64,000 nucleotides of DNA, taken from Antedon mediterranea. Its lineage: Eukaryota > Animalia > Echinodermata. Under the pieces are notes generated by a model that saw only the letters and a program-made list of their open reading frames with translations, made no database searches and was not told where the DNA came from. The position numbers and the translations under genes were made by a program. The stretch spans positions 34,221,648-34,285,647 of the forward strand of contig NC_092673.1 in NCBI RefSeq assembly GCF_964355755.1, written 5' to 3'. Positions 13,301 to 28,300 of this stretch are shown here, in pieces; position 1 is the first letter of the stretch, and each line of letters starts with the position of its first letter.

Positions 13301-16300
13301 CATGACATTTACACAAATAGAAATTCATATTGCAATGTGAAATGTTTAGGTGCAAGGAAATCTGGGTGCACAACAAATTAGTATAACGTTTCTGAAAACA
13401 TACTTTATAGAATCAATCAACAGCTTGGTTTTTACCATTTAACATCAGGAGCTAAAAATAGTGAAATCACCTATTGTTATATATTCCCCAAAATATTGAA
13501 GGAATGTTTATGATTTGGATGGTGAGAAGCTGAACACATTTTTGTTTTGTTTTATTTTTAACTCAGCTCTGCCTCTTGCAAAATAGAGCAGTCAATTTTT
13601 CTTCTAATTAAATATTCTCTCCATTCAACGAATACAAAACATTCATTATTTATTTTATAACACACTTACTTTTATTTAATTTATCCATCATAACTCATTG
13701 ACGAATGCTAGGCTGGAAAGCTAGGCCATTAAAAAAGGCAGTGCTCCAACTTTAGACGCGGAGTAGAACAGTTAGATAGAACAGATAGATAAAGTTTATT
13801 TTTCCGAACGCGATCAGTCAATGTTGTGTGGCAAAAATTATCGAAATGTTTTCAGAAAGCTGAATGTTCATTAGTGTGTGCCATTTATCACCATTAGGTA
13901 TCAAGTTTTTGTTAGATAGGGCTAATTCCAATGATATGCGATGCGTAATTGTGTTTTAGCATAAAAAAGCAATCTTATTGAGTGGTATAGTAGCAGCAGT
14001 AGTCAGATATCAGGACACATAATTTGCTGACAAAACAGGCTTGCAACGAAATTAGTAGTTTGAATAGTTTCTACTTATTGCTATAAGAGAAACATTCCGC
14101 AACCAATCAGTAACACATTTCATGAGCACTAGCGCATATTGAACAGCTCGGCAACTAGTTTGTTAGTGTACACAACTTTTGGCTATCCAATAGTAACATT
14201 GTTTGGCTGTACCACTGTAATGTAGATGAATCTATGCACAGGTTAACTGAAGTCAAAATATTTGTTGTCAATAAAGTATTTCAATTTACTTAAATCCTTC
14301 AATTGATGGCCTTTCAAGTGCGTAGTGTAAAAGCAATACTGATTGTGTTCGGCAATATTTTACATATAATCTTTCACGTTTATTCTGATTTATTATTCTT
14401 ATACCTTCACAGCTGGATTTACACGTTTGTCTTCAAAAACTTTTGAAGCATTACATTTCTCGAGTATCAATTATATTTTTCTATCAATCAACTCTTAAGA
14501 TCAAGTTGAAGATTTTCATTTTCAACAAAATTTTTAATTTATCCAACAATTTTTCTTGTTTTACTTCATAAGCGTATTGAGATCTTGCTTATATGAACTA
14601 TATAAGAATTAACTATCATTAATAGCTATTATATCATTATTTAATAAACAGTCACAAAGACAAACCTGCAGAAGCGAACAAAATGTCTGCTGCACTGTGC
14701 TTCTGGTGAATTCCTTTTATAGTGACATCATCACAAGCAACAAGTGGGGCAATCGTCTCTAACCGTTCTGCTCCTCCTGCCGGAACCTTAAGAAAATTAA
14801 ATTAATACAATTCACTTTTGTAATCAAACACAGCAATGGGTCTACTAAAAAAATTTAAATAATGTTTAATGTAATTGGTGAAGCATTTTGTTGCAACTGA
14901 TGCATAAAAGAACAAACAGAATTTTAAAAATGTCAAAGCATACAGAAAAAAAGAAAATATTCAGAATTGTCTGCTACACAAAAGGTTGTTTATCGATTCT
15001 TTAATGAATGTAGATAGATATGGTAAGGTAGGAAGTGGACACGTGTAAATCATGATTAATTTTAAAAATCTTTGTACAACTCTATAATTAAAAAATCAGA
15101 AGTCAAACAACAAATATTGTAGCACTGAAAGGGTTAAAATCACTACTTGTTAGGACGCTTGTTGCATAAAATAATGTTGATTAAAAATCAAAGATGCAAA
15201 TTGAGAATGAAAGAGTTGTAGTGTTTGTTTTTGTCAAAGTATGGCGAAGTCTACTAGACCTGCACATAACAAACAAGCTATACTATATTCTGGATTTATA
15301 AAGTGCCTAATGTTGTAAACCTCTAAGCGCTGTACATATTATTACCTTGGCCATTTTTGGATCAAACATGTTGTAAACATACTCCTATGATGCAGCAGTA
15401 ATCAGCTTTAAGTTGTGTCTTGACCTTAATACGAGGTACCCATTTGTACGCAAGGGATGTGTGGGGTCTGACATAACAACTTTGGCTTTAGACAACATCA
15501 ATTTCTAACACATGCTATCTAAAATTGGAGACTTAGTACTCATAATTTCCTCTCATAATCTCACCAGACATATAATAAAACCACCAAGCAGCTATGCTTG
15601 TTAATTTGCTTTAGTAAATTAAATTTAACAAAGTATTTAGAATACTTCTTACTGATAATACAAAACATATCAAACCTTTAAATGTGGGTGACCAACATTT
15701 TCCTTGTAAAATTCATCTGCATTTTCTGTATCGACTACTCGAACTGGCAGTGTGGGGGCAGCAAACATCGTACAAAATATGGTTTGTATTCCCTGTAATA
15801 GAAGCAATAAAATAAGTAATGGAATAATTTAAAAAATATCTCATCCTGGACTGTTATTGTACTTCACTATCAATGTAATTATTTTTATATTTATTTTGTC
15901 ATTATAATGTAATTTTGTTTCAAATAGTGGAAACGAATTAATTAGTGATATGTGTGGATGACTGCATTTGGATCTGAAAAATATCAATTATAGTGATATT
16001 TTTGTTAATGATATAACAATACTGTATATTATAATTAAAATATTCTAAAACCTTATCATTTCTGTGTTTTATTTTGTATTGTATAATTGCTATGGAGGAA
16101 AATTAATGTCTTTTGAATTGAATTGAATGGTAATTGACCAGTTACAAAATATCAAGTAAAGTGATATGTTTTTAAGGAAAATAGAGCCATTGGTTTATGA
16201 TGACCATCAAGTGGACCATGACAAATAAGGAAAAGGAAAAAAATGATAATGAGTGACGATTTTGTACACTATAATTTAGATATTTTAATTGACTACAGTT

Positions 16301-19300
16301 ATTACTTATATTGATATCATGTGGACAAAAAATGATGATGAATGTTCAAATCTAAATATTTATATGGTAATTGACAGTTGAAAAATATCTAGTACGGTGG
16401 ATTTTTTTTGGAAAAATAGAGCCATTAGATTATGAAGACCATCAAATAAGGATTTTTTTTTTTTTTTTATTTCATTTATTTCAATATCATTATCGCAGCC
16501 TTAGCTGAATTACAAAGATATTTACATTTGTTCAATATTAAAATTTGTAAAAAAAAGGATGAACAATTACATGACAATACAGTATACTATACAGTATACT
16601 ATACAGTATACTATACAGTATACTATACAGTATACTATACAGTATACTATACAGTATACTATTAATCCTTTCGGAAATTAATTGCTCGTTTTACTATATC
16701 AATTATAGAGATATTTTTTAGAAAATAGAGCTATAAGTTTAAGCAACATGATGAGTGCTAATGATATGGTATACTGTAAATACTGTATTTCAATTGACCA
16801 CAGTATATCAATTATTCCTATTCTGGATTAGCAGCAGAATTTCTCTTTACCCTGTCCTGTGACATGATCAAAGGGATTGACTGATATAAGGAGAGTTTAA
16901 TGTTTTTGACACAGATACGACTGACTGCAGACAACGATTAACCAAACAATTCCAATTTATCACTTTATTTACCATGGCACCAATAACCATTTTTTTGGGT
17001 CAACTATGTATTATAAACGAATGAAACAAAAATTACTATACCAGCCAACCAGATTAATATTAAAATCTCTCACATTTGTTAAAAAATGTCTTGCATATTT
17101 CAAGAAGTATAACTTATGACAATTAATTAAGTAATTAAATTATCACTCTAATCATGTCATATTATACTGAATTCCATTAGACTATCAAACGATGCTTTTC
17201 TATACTGGCATGTAAAATTTATTTCAAATTTTGACTATTCTAAATAAAAAACTGCTATACAAATAATAACAGGGAATAGAAATTTAATTTGAGAGAAATA
17301 GAGCAATGGAATAGCATTATGGCCAATTTACACAGACGGCAACGGTAAGTGAGTAGTAAACCGTGTAACTTCTCCCACATAGAATATTTCTGTATCTATC
17401 ATAAGAAGAAACCGCCCGTCCGCTCCGGGTTGTGTGTAAATTGTAATGAGGTATAACATATATTATTACCGTTAATGCTCCTGTGTAAATTGGCTTTTAT
17501 GGACTTAGTTAAAAGAAGATTACCTCTAAATAACTTTACAGAAGATACATATAATCATATTATTTACCTCCGCCAAAGAGGTATATGTAATCGATCGCGT
17601 GTGTTTGTTTGTTTGCAGGATTACTCAAAAAGTAATTATAAGATCTTTACCAAAATGAATATACAGATAGATATGTGGTCAAGGACCATTCCATTAAATT
17701 TTGGGACCATTTGGGACCATGGTCCAAATTCTGGACCACTTTTTAATACATTTTTCAGACCTGCTAGAATTTTTCAAAAGTAACAAGTAAACTGAAATTG
17801 CATTTTTGTACAAGAGGCAAGGGTTATAATTTGTGATTCGTAATTTTAAAAACATAATTTGATTTAATGTACTGTACACCTTTGTTGATGCGAGTAGTTT
17901 AAAAAACCTATTTTGTTTCAAATTCACTCGTTTGATTTTCGCGTTGCTGTTCTATTGTTAGTCAACTGAAGCTATTGTTAATTATTGAAAGGCTTGTTAC
18001 ATAACCATTACACCAAACTCGCATACACATGCTTGTAGTGAAATTAGCCTAAATCACAAAGAGCATTAAGACACACACAAATATATATTTTTCCCTGAGA
18101 TATCTTATGTAGGAGAATTTTACAGTAGGCGGAGGTATGCACTCTCAGAGTGGCTTTCTAGTTTCTAATAGTTTTTTACAACTATATGTATCAATACATT
18201 TCAAGAGTTATAGGCCTGGCAGGCCATGAAATAAATAGTGTTGTTGAAAGAATTCATTAAAATAAGGGAAGTGAATGATTTCAAACGATAAACAAAGTCC
18301 AGGATACGCAGATGTGTTTAATGTTATTCGGAAAAAAAAGGGGTTAAAGGTGCAAGCTATTTGTCTCTTAAGCCCCTTTCTCACAGATGTGCCTGCAATA
18401 TACCGGTACAGTGCTGGCGTCGTGCCGGTATCGTTACCGGCATATACCCATTCTCATCGGACTATCGTGCCGGAAATATAACCGGTATATACCGGCTTTC
18501 TGTGAGAAAGGAGTCGGGCATATTCGGCCAATAAAAAGTCTCTGATAAAATAATTATTGAGGGCGTCCTTTATTGTTATTATTTTTGTCTAGCGATGATA
18601 TGGCGGCGAATGTTAAGTTACAGATTATTATCTTCCTTTATAGCATATTTATGCAATGCATGCTATGTACAGTATATTGTGCATATATTATACAGGTATA
18701 GCAATTAATTTGCCGTCATCGGCAATCTGTAAAACACCTTAGAAGGCTGTAGGCCTACAATTTACAAGGCGACGAAAGGTCAGGCACCAACAAACAAAGA
18801 GCTAATGCCAATATTGAATGGCCTAGCCTAGCGGCCTATAGATTATGCTACAAATTTCTTCTTGTCCCCTTATTTTAAGCAGCTCTCTTATCTCATTATC
18901 CCTCCAGTTCGACATTATTATTGTTAATTGAATTGAATAGGCGCCAAAGTGATACACTTGACCGCACAAGGTGTCAAAGCCTCGACGGGGAACCCCGGAA
19001 TATAACGGCGATACGTTCTCACAGAATGCCCGTCTGGTATTGCGGGGAATATCCCTAGAATATTACTAGGTCTAAAGCAGGTCATGTCGATGCCGGCATG
19101 GTGCCGGCATGATGCCAAGACGACCCGTTCTCACAGAAAACCATACCGGCATGGTAATGGTATATTCCCGCAATATTCCTGGCACACAACTCTGTGAGAA
19201 AGGGGCTTTATTGTCACATGCGAAAGAAAACAAAAACGTTAAAACCAGTCTAAAAATCAAGTTAATAACAATTATTTATGTTATTAGATGACAGTATTTA

Positions 19301-22300
19301 TAAAACGTCAAGGGCGAGTGCTATACATGCTACAAACAATCCCAATAACTTGCTAAATGATATTAATTTTGGACTATGAGAAAATTAAGATTTTACAATG
19401 AAGAATTTTTCATTGATGACCATAAATTAAAAAATGTGTTTCTATAGTTATACAACCCATTGCCATTACTACTGTCACCATATAATGTGCGTACCATTGC
19501 TACAACACGATGTACGCAAATGTGAAAATATGATGCACATACCATTGCCAAAAACTGGACCATACGATGCACATACCATTGACACAACTGTAACATTACG
19601 ATGCACATACTATTGTTACAACTGTCACATTACGATGCACATACTATTGTTACAACTGTCACATTACGATACACATACTATTGCCACAACTGTCACATTA
19701 CGATGCACATACCATTGACACAACTGTAACAATACGATGCACATACTATTGCCACAACTGTCACATTACGATGCACATACCATTGACACAACTGTAACAA
19801 TACGATGCACATACTATTGCCACAACTGTCACATTACGATGCACATACCATTGACACAACTGTAACAATACGATGCACATACTATTGTTACAACTGTAAC
19901 AATACGATGCACATACTATTGTTACAACTGTCACATTACGATGCACATACCATTGACACAACTGTAACAATACGATGCACATACCATTGACACAACTGTA
20001 ACAATACGATGCACATACTATTGTTACAACTGTCACATTACGATACACATACCATTGTTACAACTGTCACATTACGATGCACATACCTTTACCACAACTG
20101 TCACATTACGATACACATACTATTGCCACAACTGTCACATTACGATGCACATACCTTTACCACAACTGTCACATTACGATACACATACTATTGCCACAAC
20201 TGTCACATTACGATGCACATACCTTTACCACAACTGTCACATTACGATACACATACTATTGCCACAACTGTCACATTACGATGCACATACCTTTACCACA
20301 ACTGTCACATTATGATGCACATACTATTACCACAACTGTCACATTACGATGCACATACTATTGCCACAACTTTAACAATACGATGCACATACTGTACTAT
20401 TGTTACAACTGGACAATACAATGCACATACTATTGTTACAACTGGACAATGATGCATGTACAAGTTTTGTTTTTAAAATTCTTCTACTTTATAATGATGA
20501 AGGCTATTGTAATCACATCAGCGGCTTTGAAACAAACACCATCATCATTATTTCCTTTGATTATACATCAAGGGGACAAAATGTTCTGAAGAAATCATGA
20601 TTGCAAACATTCAATGGACCATTAATTTTCTCCTTAAACGATAAAAACAGAGAAATGAAGATCATTTTTTATGCCATTTTTCTTTTCAATTTCAAGATAT
20701 TAAATATAAATTACTTAGGGTGATTAAACCTCTGTTGCAAAATGTTAAATTGTCTAAAGGTATAATTTCAATGCACACTTAAAGCCTTTTTTCCAGACGT
20801 TTCTTTTTGCGATTAAACACTGGATCAACAATCAAATTTATATAAAATCTGGCTGTATGAATATCGTTACCAGCATAAATGTAAAAATATAAAAATTCAA
20901 CTTATTCGGATAGTTAATGAAACAATGTGATGGTATGTGGTTATATATGTGTTCTGTTTTGTTTTATGATCAGAATTAGCTCATTTCCTGGATTGAATAG
21001 GAAAAAATGTGTTTGTGCTTTGAGATGACATTTTCACATTATTTTTAATAAAAAAATATGTTTACACACATTTTCACAATTGATATTTTATATTTGAGCA
21101 ACATCCTATGTTTTATTTTTAATTTATTATAATTTTTTTTTTAAATTAAGCTTTACAGAAAACAATATACAGTAAAGTGTAGTTAATTTGCTGGTTTTCT
21201 TTCAAATAAAATGTTAAATAATTAAATTTTTTAGGTACAATTTACTATCAAGATAATACAGTAATTTGTTTTACATAAAATGTCATTTTGTTGGTCACTT
21301 GCCCATTTCTTTAATATTAAATAATTTAACTCAATTTTGAAGACATATATAATAGATAGACCTATGAGATATATATAAATTGTATTATTTTATAAATTGA
21401 AAGCTCTTAAACTTGTCAATAATTCTCACAGGAACATCTGCTGCAATTTGTATAAAATTGAAAATAGCATTTTATGGTTTTAAAATTCTCGATAGCATTA
21501 CAAAATTTAATTTAATTCGTAATTGTACGTTGATCTATTTTAAATTAATGCAATCCATAACCTACCAATTTCAGGAAAGATAGGCATTTGTTTGTGCCTA
21601 TTGAGATCTGTAAAGGAAGGAACTTCTTAACAATTATCATTTTTAAATTTTTTATTTTCTTGAGGGTCTCAATGATCAGCTTTGCTGAAAAATGAAAAAT
21701 AGTTCAATAAAAATGTTTCTTTTTTATTTACAAGAGATTGATTAAAAATAATGTGAGTACATTGCAATATGTGCTTGACTGTTTCAAAGAAATTTGTTAA
21801 AAAAACAAACCACATGTTTCCAAGAAAGATGATGTTCTAAACAATTACTGAATTTAAAGTATTCTCATCATGAACTTGGTAGATATGAGCACTTTAGTTT
21901 AAGAGAAAAAGTTTGTTGACAGAATTCAGATAGCAAAAACATTTTCATCAACTGATAATCTGAACTTGAGATGATGCTTACAAGGTATGGATGACAACTT
22001 AACGTGAAGTCAAGTTTGGTTACAGACACTCCCGCAGACACTGCAATTCAAATTCATCTGTGATGAAGATGGTCATCTTAATAGATAATAGATTATTAGC
22101 ATACTTCAGGCTCCAATACCTAACCGATGTTTATAACATTGTATATCAAGTAAAACTGACAGGTAAAATACCATTTATATATATATTGATTAGATGCTAT
22201 TGTGCGTTTGGATACAGAAGGCACCAACTTGTCTCCAATTTTGACATAAACTGTTACTTCTCATAAGCTGGCGTAGAACAATTGCATGTAGGGATACATG

Positions 22301-25300
22301 TCAATGTATTTTTAAAAACTACCCATATTAAAATTTATAATATATCAGAATCATTTCAAAAGTAATTTTAAAAGGGTGTCCCAAATGCCGAGTGGTTTGC
22401 TTGAATAAGAAGAACATTTTGGAGCTGGAGGTGATCCCTGGGTTCTGGTGGTAGAACGAGTCTTCTCGGATAAGGACTATAAACCGTAGGTCTAGTGTAC
22501 ACAACTTGCTCGTGTGCACTTTAAAGAACCTAGTACATCTTTCGAGACGAGTCGGGGGTGAAGAGGTCACCCAGTATAAAAATGAACTAACAATAAAAAT
22601 CCAAAACATAGGTTTTGTGCGTACTGTATCTTATTTACTTCTTTTCAGAACCAACAACACACATAAATACAAACATATTAAACTAAGCTACAGTACAAAT
22701 GTTATAAGCCCAACAATACTAAACCTTAACTCACTCCAAATATTGTTAATTAGACTTGCCAGAATTATCTTATACTGTATGCTGATATTAAAACACCTGT
22801 TGATGATCTCATGACATCACTTAATTGGAAACATATAAATCAACGATGGGACCATAATATTCTTATAATGACCTCTAAATGTTTAACAGGTACTGTTCCC
22901 GATTACCTAATTGATTTTATGTTTTTATTGATAATTATCATAATTTAAATAGAAGAAGCAAATCGAAAAACACTTTAGTCTTACCAAAATGGCATAATGA
23001 TTCTGGTAAAAGAACATTTCAATACCGCTCCAGTCAAACTCTGGAATAATCTTTCACCAGCAGCTCTATAAATTCATTAACTTTACATGCAATCATTTAA
23101 AACTGTATTTTTCTCTTGCTTCTTGTGATATTGTATTCTTTAAAAACGTTTTCATAATTTTCCATTTTTATTGTTTATATTTGTAATTTGTAAGTGTTAA
23201 CTGGACTTCAAGGAAGAACAATGTACAAATATTGAATGAATATCCAGAATAAAGGAAGATTTCTATCTATCTATAACTAAAATGATGTATTTTTTAAAAA
23301 TAATGAATCAGAAACAGATCTAATAATTGTTAACATTTGACTGACTACCAGACAGTAGCAATTAATGAATAGAGAATCTAACATAAAATGCTGTAATGTA
23401 TTATTACAGCGGATTGATTTTTGTAAACGAAGGGCATAAATCAATCATGTAGTGTCAGTCTATTAAAAGCTACAAGACAAGTGAATGTAAAACGTAAAAG
23501 ATTAAATTAACAGCTGATGAGGACATTTTGGAAGGAAGAAGAAAGAAAAATCAAATTTGAAATATATATGTTTATCAGAATCTACAAAGACCATCAAACA
23601 CTATCAAACTTTATGTGACAAAAAATGTGATGTGCCCATATATGGACACGATGTCATATTACTACCATATTTGGCACATTTTGTTGTCGTCAAACTAGTT
23701 TGATAGTGTAGACAGAGCTTAATACACCTTTTCATATTGCCCAGAAAAGGGCATCAACACAGACATTTGTATGGTGCATGTCTGAGTGTTTTGCAATGCA
23801 ATGTGAAAGGCGTAAAAATAAGAGAATATGTTTCATGTCACTTCTTTCTGATTGTCTCTCAGTCTCAGTATAGAGATACTATATTATTTTGTATTTATGG
23901 TTTGATGGATGTTAATATAATTGTCTGCTCTGACCGCTTAAGCTTAAAAGTATGCTAGGTAGAATAAGTATCATTTTAGATAGTAACATTTCTAGATACA
24001 AATATTTATTTACCTTGCATAAACTCGTATTTTAGTAGCACTAAATGCTGTGTCTATGTTTGTTGGAATTTGTTTTTATTATTCTTTTACAGCTCTTCAA
24101 CATCAATAAACATAAGAATTTAGTAACTTACATCAAGGGAAATAAGTTAATATAGAATACTTATATTTCTTTATTAAAGCGACACCTAATTATTTGTTCA
24201 AATGAAAAAAACTGCCACAAGTAAATACTATTATGATTCTTACACTCGGTAATGGTTATTGATTATGTCTGAATACAAAATTACCGATTAATTATTGATT
24301 ATGTCTGAATATAAACAATTATTAATTATGATTATTGATTATGCTTGAATACAAATGATTGATTAATAATTATGATAATTGATTATTTCTAAATATACTG
24401 TACATGATCAGACATAATCAATAATCATGTACAGTATATTTAGACATAATCAATTATGTCTGAATACAAATTAATGATTGATTATTAATTTGTATAATGT
24501 TTGAATATAAATGATTTATTAATAAAATTATTGATGTCGGAATACAAATGACTGGTTATTAATTATGTTCACTGAATACACACATCAGACATAATCAAGA
24601 ATTTGTAATTAGAATATTTTTCATTACAAAATTTGTATATGAAAAAAATGTTACAAGATGCGAAAAATGTACAGAACAGCCCTATTTATTTTACCCATTG
24701 TGGGAGACGCTGATTATTTGGGCTAAAGTCAATAGCTGCCAAGTAGTAACACTGTAATGATTCCACTGTATTGAGTCACGTCACAATGGTGTCTATCGCA
24801 ACCATTTTACATTGTCTCTTTAACTAGGTCAACCTGCGTTCAACATGATGCTAAGAAGAACAAATTTTATCACCAGCTATCAATTGTTATTATTCTAATT
24901 CTCACAGTACAGCTTGTCCCATTAACGAAACTAGGAACGAATCATTTATAGATGTTTGTATCCAGAAGACAATCTTATCATACATTTTACTTCAATTTCG
25001 CTCATCTTTGGTAATAAGCTGGCATTAAATTCCATTTGTTCTTTCATTTTTTGTAATCCAATTTTTTGTTTATGACCGACAGTTCTGGTGTTACCATAAC
25101 AAATGCAGTGTATAGAGAATAGTAGAATGAAGATACAAAATAAGCACTGAAAAATGACAATGCTGTGGGTATCAGTGGCTGGATCTCAATGAAGATACAA
25201 AAAAAAAAAGCGAAAAGCTAAATCAAAACGATAAAATAAAACAGCCAGAAAAGTTAGCAAGTGAGCTTTTGGGCAACACTAGCCCTTCATCAATGCAAAT

Positions 25301-28300
25301 GAAGGAATTTGGATAACGTCATAGCATAAGAACTGGCAAGTACTGCCTGGGTGGACAGGAATAAAAGAAAAACAACAAAAGGAGACAGGGTGGTGAATGG
25401 TGGGTGGAGACTGAATAAGAGTAGAAAACAAAGAAGGTAGCTTGGTACATTTAATAAACAATTTTGGAATTATATTGGCATAAATCATGCAAAACCATTT
25501 GCATTGCAATCATATATTTATAATTATGACAATTATAAATTAAATATGAATATTGGCAACTTAAAAAGGGTATAAAAATAAATTTAATTTTAACAATCAT
25601 TATGGCACTTACTTGTAGATAGTCTAGACGTCCAAGTCCAGCTAGAAATATTGTTTGACCGGGTTTAATGACCATGGTCTTGGGTCGATACGCTTGGCTC
25701 GATACACACAGTTTTAGTTCTTCAGCTGTTAGCTTAGATAATACCTAAATTCAAAGGGCATAAACTAAATAATTAAACAGAAATGATTTATGGTTTACAT
25801 GGATTGCTTTCTTTGTAATCCTTGTAAGTTTTAGATCCGCAAAAATGAGTAATCTAGAACCAGGTGCAAATATAATATGACAGTGTTCTCCCAAAGCAAG
25901 TTTTGCTGGTTATGGAGTAAGAATATTATTAGGCCAGCCATTAAAAACATAGACCAATATTATTTTGGCAATTGGATAGTATATTGAACAACGGGATAAT
26001 ATGATGTTGGAATAAAACGTCTGAGAATATTCAAATATTTCTCTGTTTGCTACCCTCTGGTATAAAAGTGCATCCTTGACTATTCAATACAATTCAACTT
26101 TATTTAACCACAGAGGCCCAGATCAACACATGGTTGTTCTTTACTGATGCCATACACATACAATTTATCAACACCAAAACAAGTGCACCTTTATATGAAA
26201 GGCTATGTTTTTTATATTTAGTCTTTGATAAAGACAGATTCCTACACAACCTTTCTCGGGATTTAGAGTGCTATCCCCGGTATTATACAAAATGATTGAT
26301 GCGTTTTTTGTTTCGTTTTTATCTGTATTTTTATATATATATATACTTTTATGATATAAAAATGAATCAAATCCAAACCTCTAAAATAACCCTACGACCA
26401 ACAACTACAAGAAAAAACATCAGTAAATATATTAATCTCACCTGCTCGTCTCTAATGATACCTGGCGTATCATACAACCACTTGCCCTCGCTAAACTCTG
26501 AAGGATCAAACTTAAACGGTAAACTAGCAGAAGATGGCATTTTATTGCCAGAGATCAAATTGAAAGCCTTCACAGGATCATCATATACATCACTTTCAAA
26601 GCTTCGTCCAACATGACCTGAAAATAAAGATAAATGCATTTTTTCTTTCAAATTAATTATAAACTAAAAGTTGCTTGCAATGATCATGCTTTATGTTAGT
26701 GTCTCATTTTATGTGTCATGAAAGAGGAATACTATTTTTTCTTTTTTGTGGACACACAAGAAGGGTTTAGGGTTAGAGATCATAGTAGTATTAAATTGAC
26801 ACAGGAAATGTATCTTAGGGACACCTCTATTAAGAGGCACCTTTCTTGTGAAATGAACAAGGGGAAATACTGTATATGTTTAAAAAATGAATAAATAGTT
26901 ATTCATTAGTGTACATCCAAATTGAATAGAATGTAAAATGATCATTTTTAAATGGCCTACTTTTAAATGTTTCACTTTCACTAAAATGTATCAGGTTTTT
27001 CCGATACACTCTGGAAGAGTTTTCCCAGTTAGTTAACTTCCATAACAATTTTAACATCATCACATTTCAGAATATTCAGGGGAAAACTACTGTATTATTT
27101 CAATCTCATGGAAGCTGTTCAAATACATAATGCTAATATGTCAAAGCAGAGCAATTCTCCTAGTATTAAAATGTTTACTTCTATGCGACAGAAAACAGAT
27201 CGAGGCGGACAATAGGTCAATAATAAGATCATGTTTTATTATGCAAAATTGTCTTTCAGAGCATCGATCTCTATGAATGTAAATGTAAATATCAGAAAAC
27301 AAGCGACACTCCGTCTACAGGAACACAACAATATGGTTCAAGAGTGAAACAAGTAAATCCATCTCAGATTTCTTATGTCAATGATAGATTAAGGCGGCGG
27401 CTAGTTTGTCTCAAAGAGAGATCAAATTGATGGCAAATTAAATTATGGTTTTAAACATTGATAAAGATAATAAAATAAGCTAATAATACAATGATATAAT
27501 AAAATTAAAAATCAAAATTTTCGATGTTTTTGCATGTGATATTTGACAGCGAAGCTTACAGTATTTGACAGCAACACTTATCTGTGGCATGTTTTATAAA
27601 TGTGAAAGACGTACAATCAACCGAGAACCCCTATTCAGGGGACACCTTTGGGACCCAAAAGGTGTCCTGTGAATAGAAGTGTCCCCTAAATAGGGGTTGG
27701 CTATAGTGTAACATATTTTCCCTTGTTCGTGTCAAAGGCAAGTGTACCCTTAATATGGGTGACCCGAATAGGGTAAATAAAATGGGTGCTGGAAAATAGA
27801 GGTGGATGATTAAGGGTGGGGCGTCAAACTAGAAGTTTGAGCTATAGGTTTTATAGAGCTAATCATCTATTACAAAGATCACACTATTTGACCTCTGAGC
27901 TTAATCCCTACAAAGTCTTACCTCTAAAGTAACCTAATGCATCAAACTCTTTATCATGTTTTTCGATTCTTTCTCGCCATTTATCATTCTCTTTCTGCTC
28001 ACGTAAACGATCATCACGTCTGCCGATTCGTTCAACGTTTGGTCTCAGTATGGGGAATTTCAGCAAATTTAGTGTTGTTCCTGGCCACCTACTTACAGTG
28101 GCTTTCTTGTAAACCCACTTTGCTTTTGTCTTACAGAAATCAGAGTTCAACAGACGATTGAAAAGTGTTGATTTACCAGAATTTGCAGTACCTGAATTAT
28201 AAAGAAAAACCGAAATACATAAATTTAACTCCATAAAATTGTTAATCTAATTCATCGTGAATTGCATCGTGAAGCATAAAAGTGTACAGCCAGAAAAGAA

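Noticed and set aside
19434-20600. Overlapping Cys/His/Thr-rich ORFs; CRISPR-like periodicity
   Set aside because: Pure 34-bp minisatellite with no unique spacers and no cas genes, in a eukaryotic intron
21850-22270. Possible hAT/Buster remnant (RLQYLTDVYN)
   Set aside because: Single weak motif; not supportable by eye
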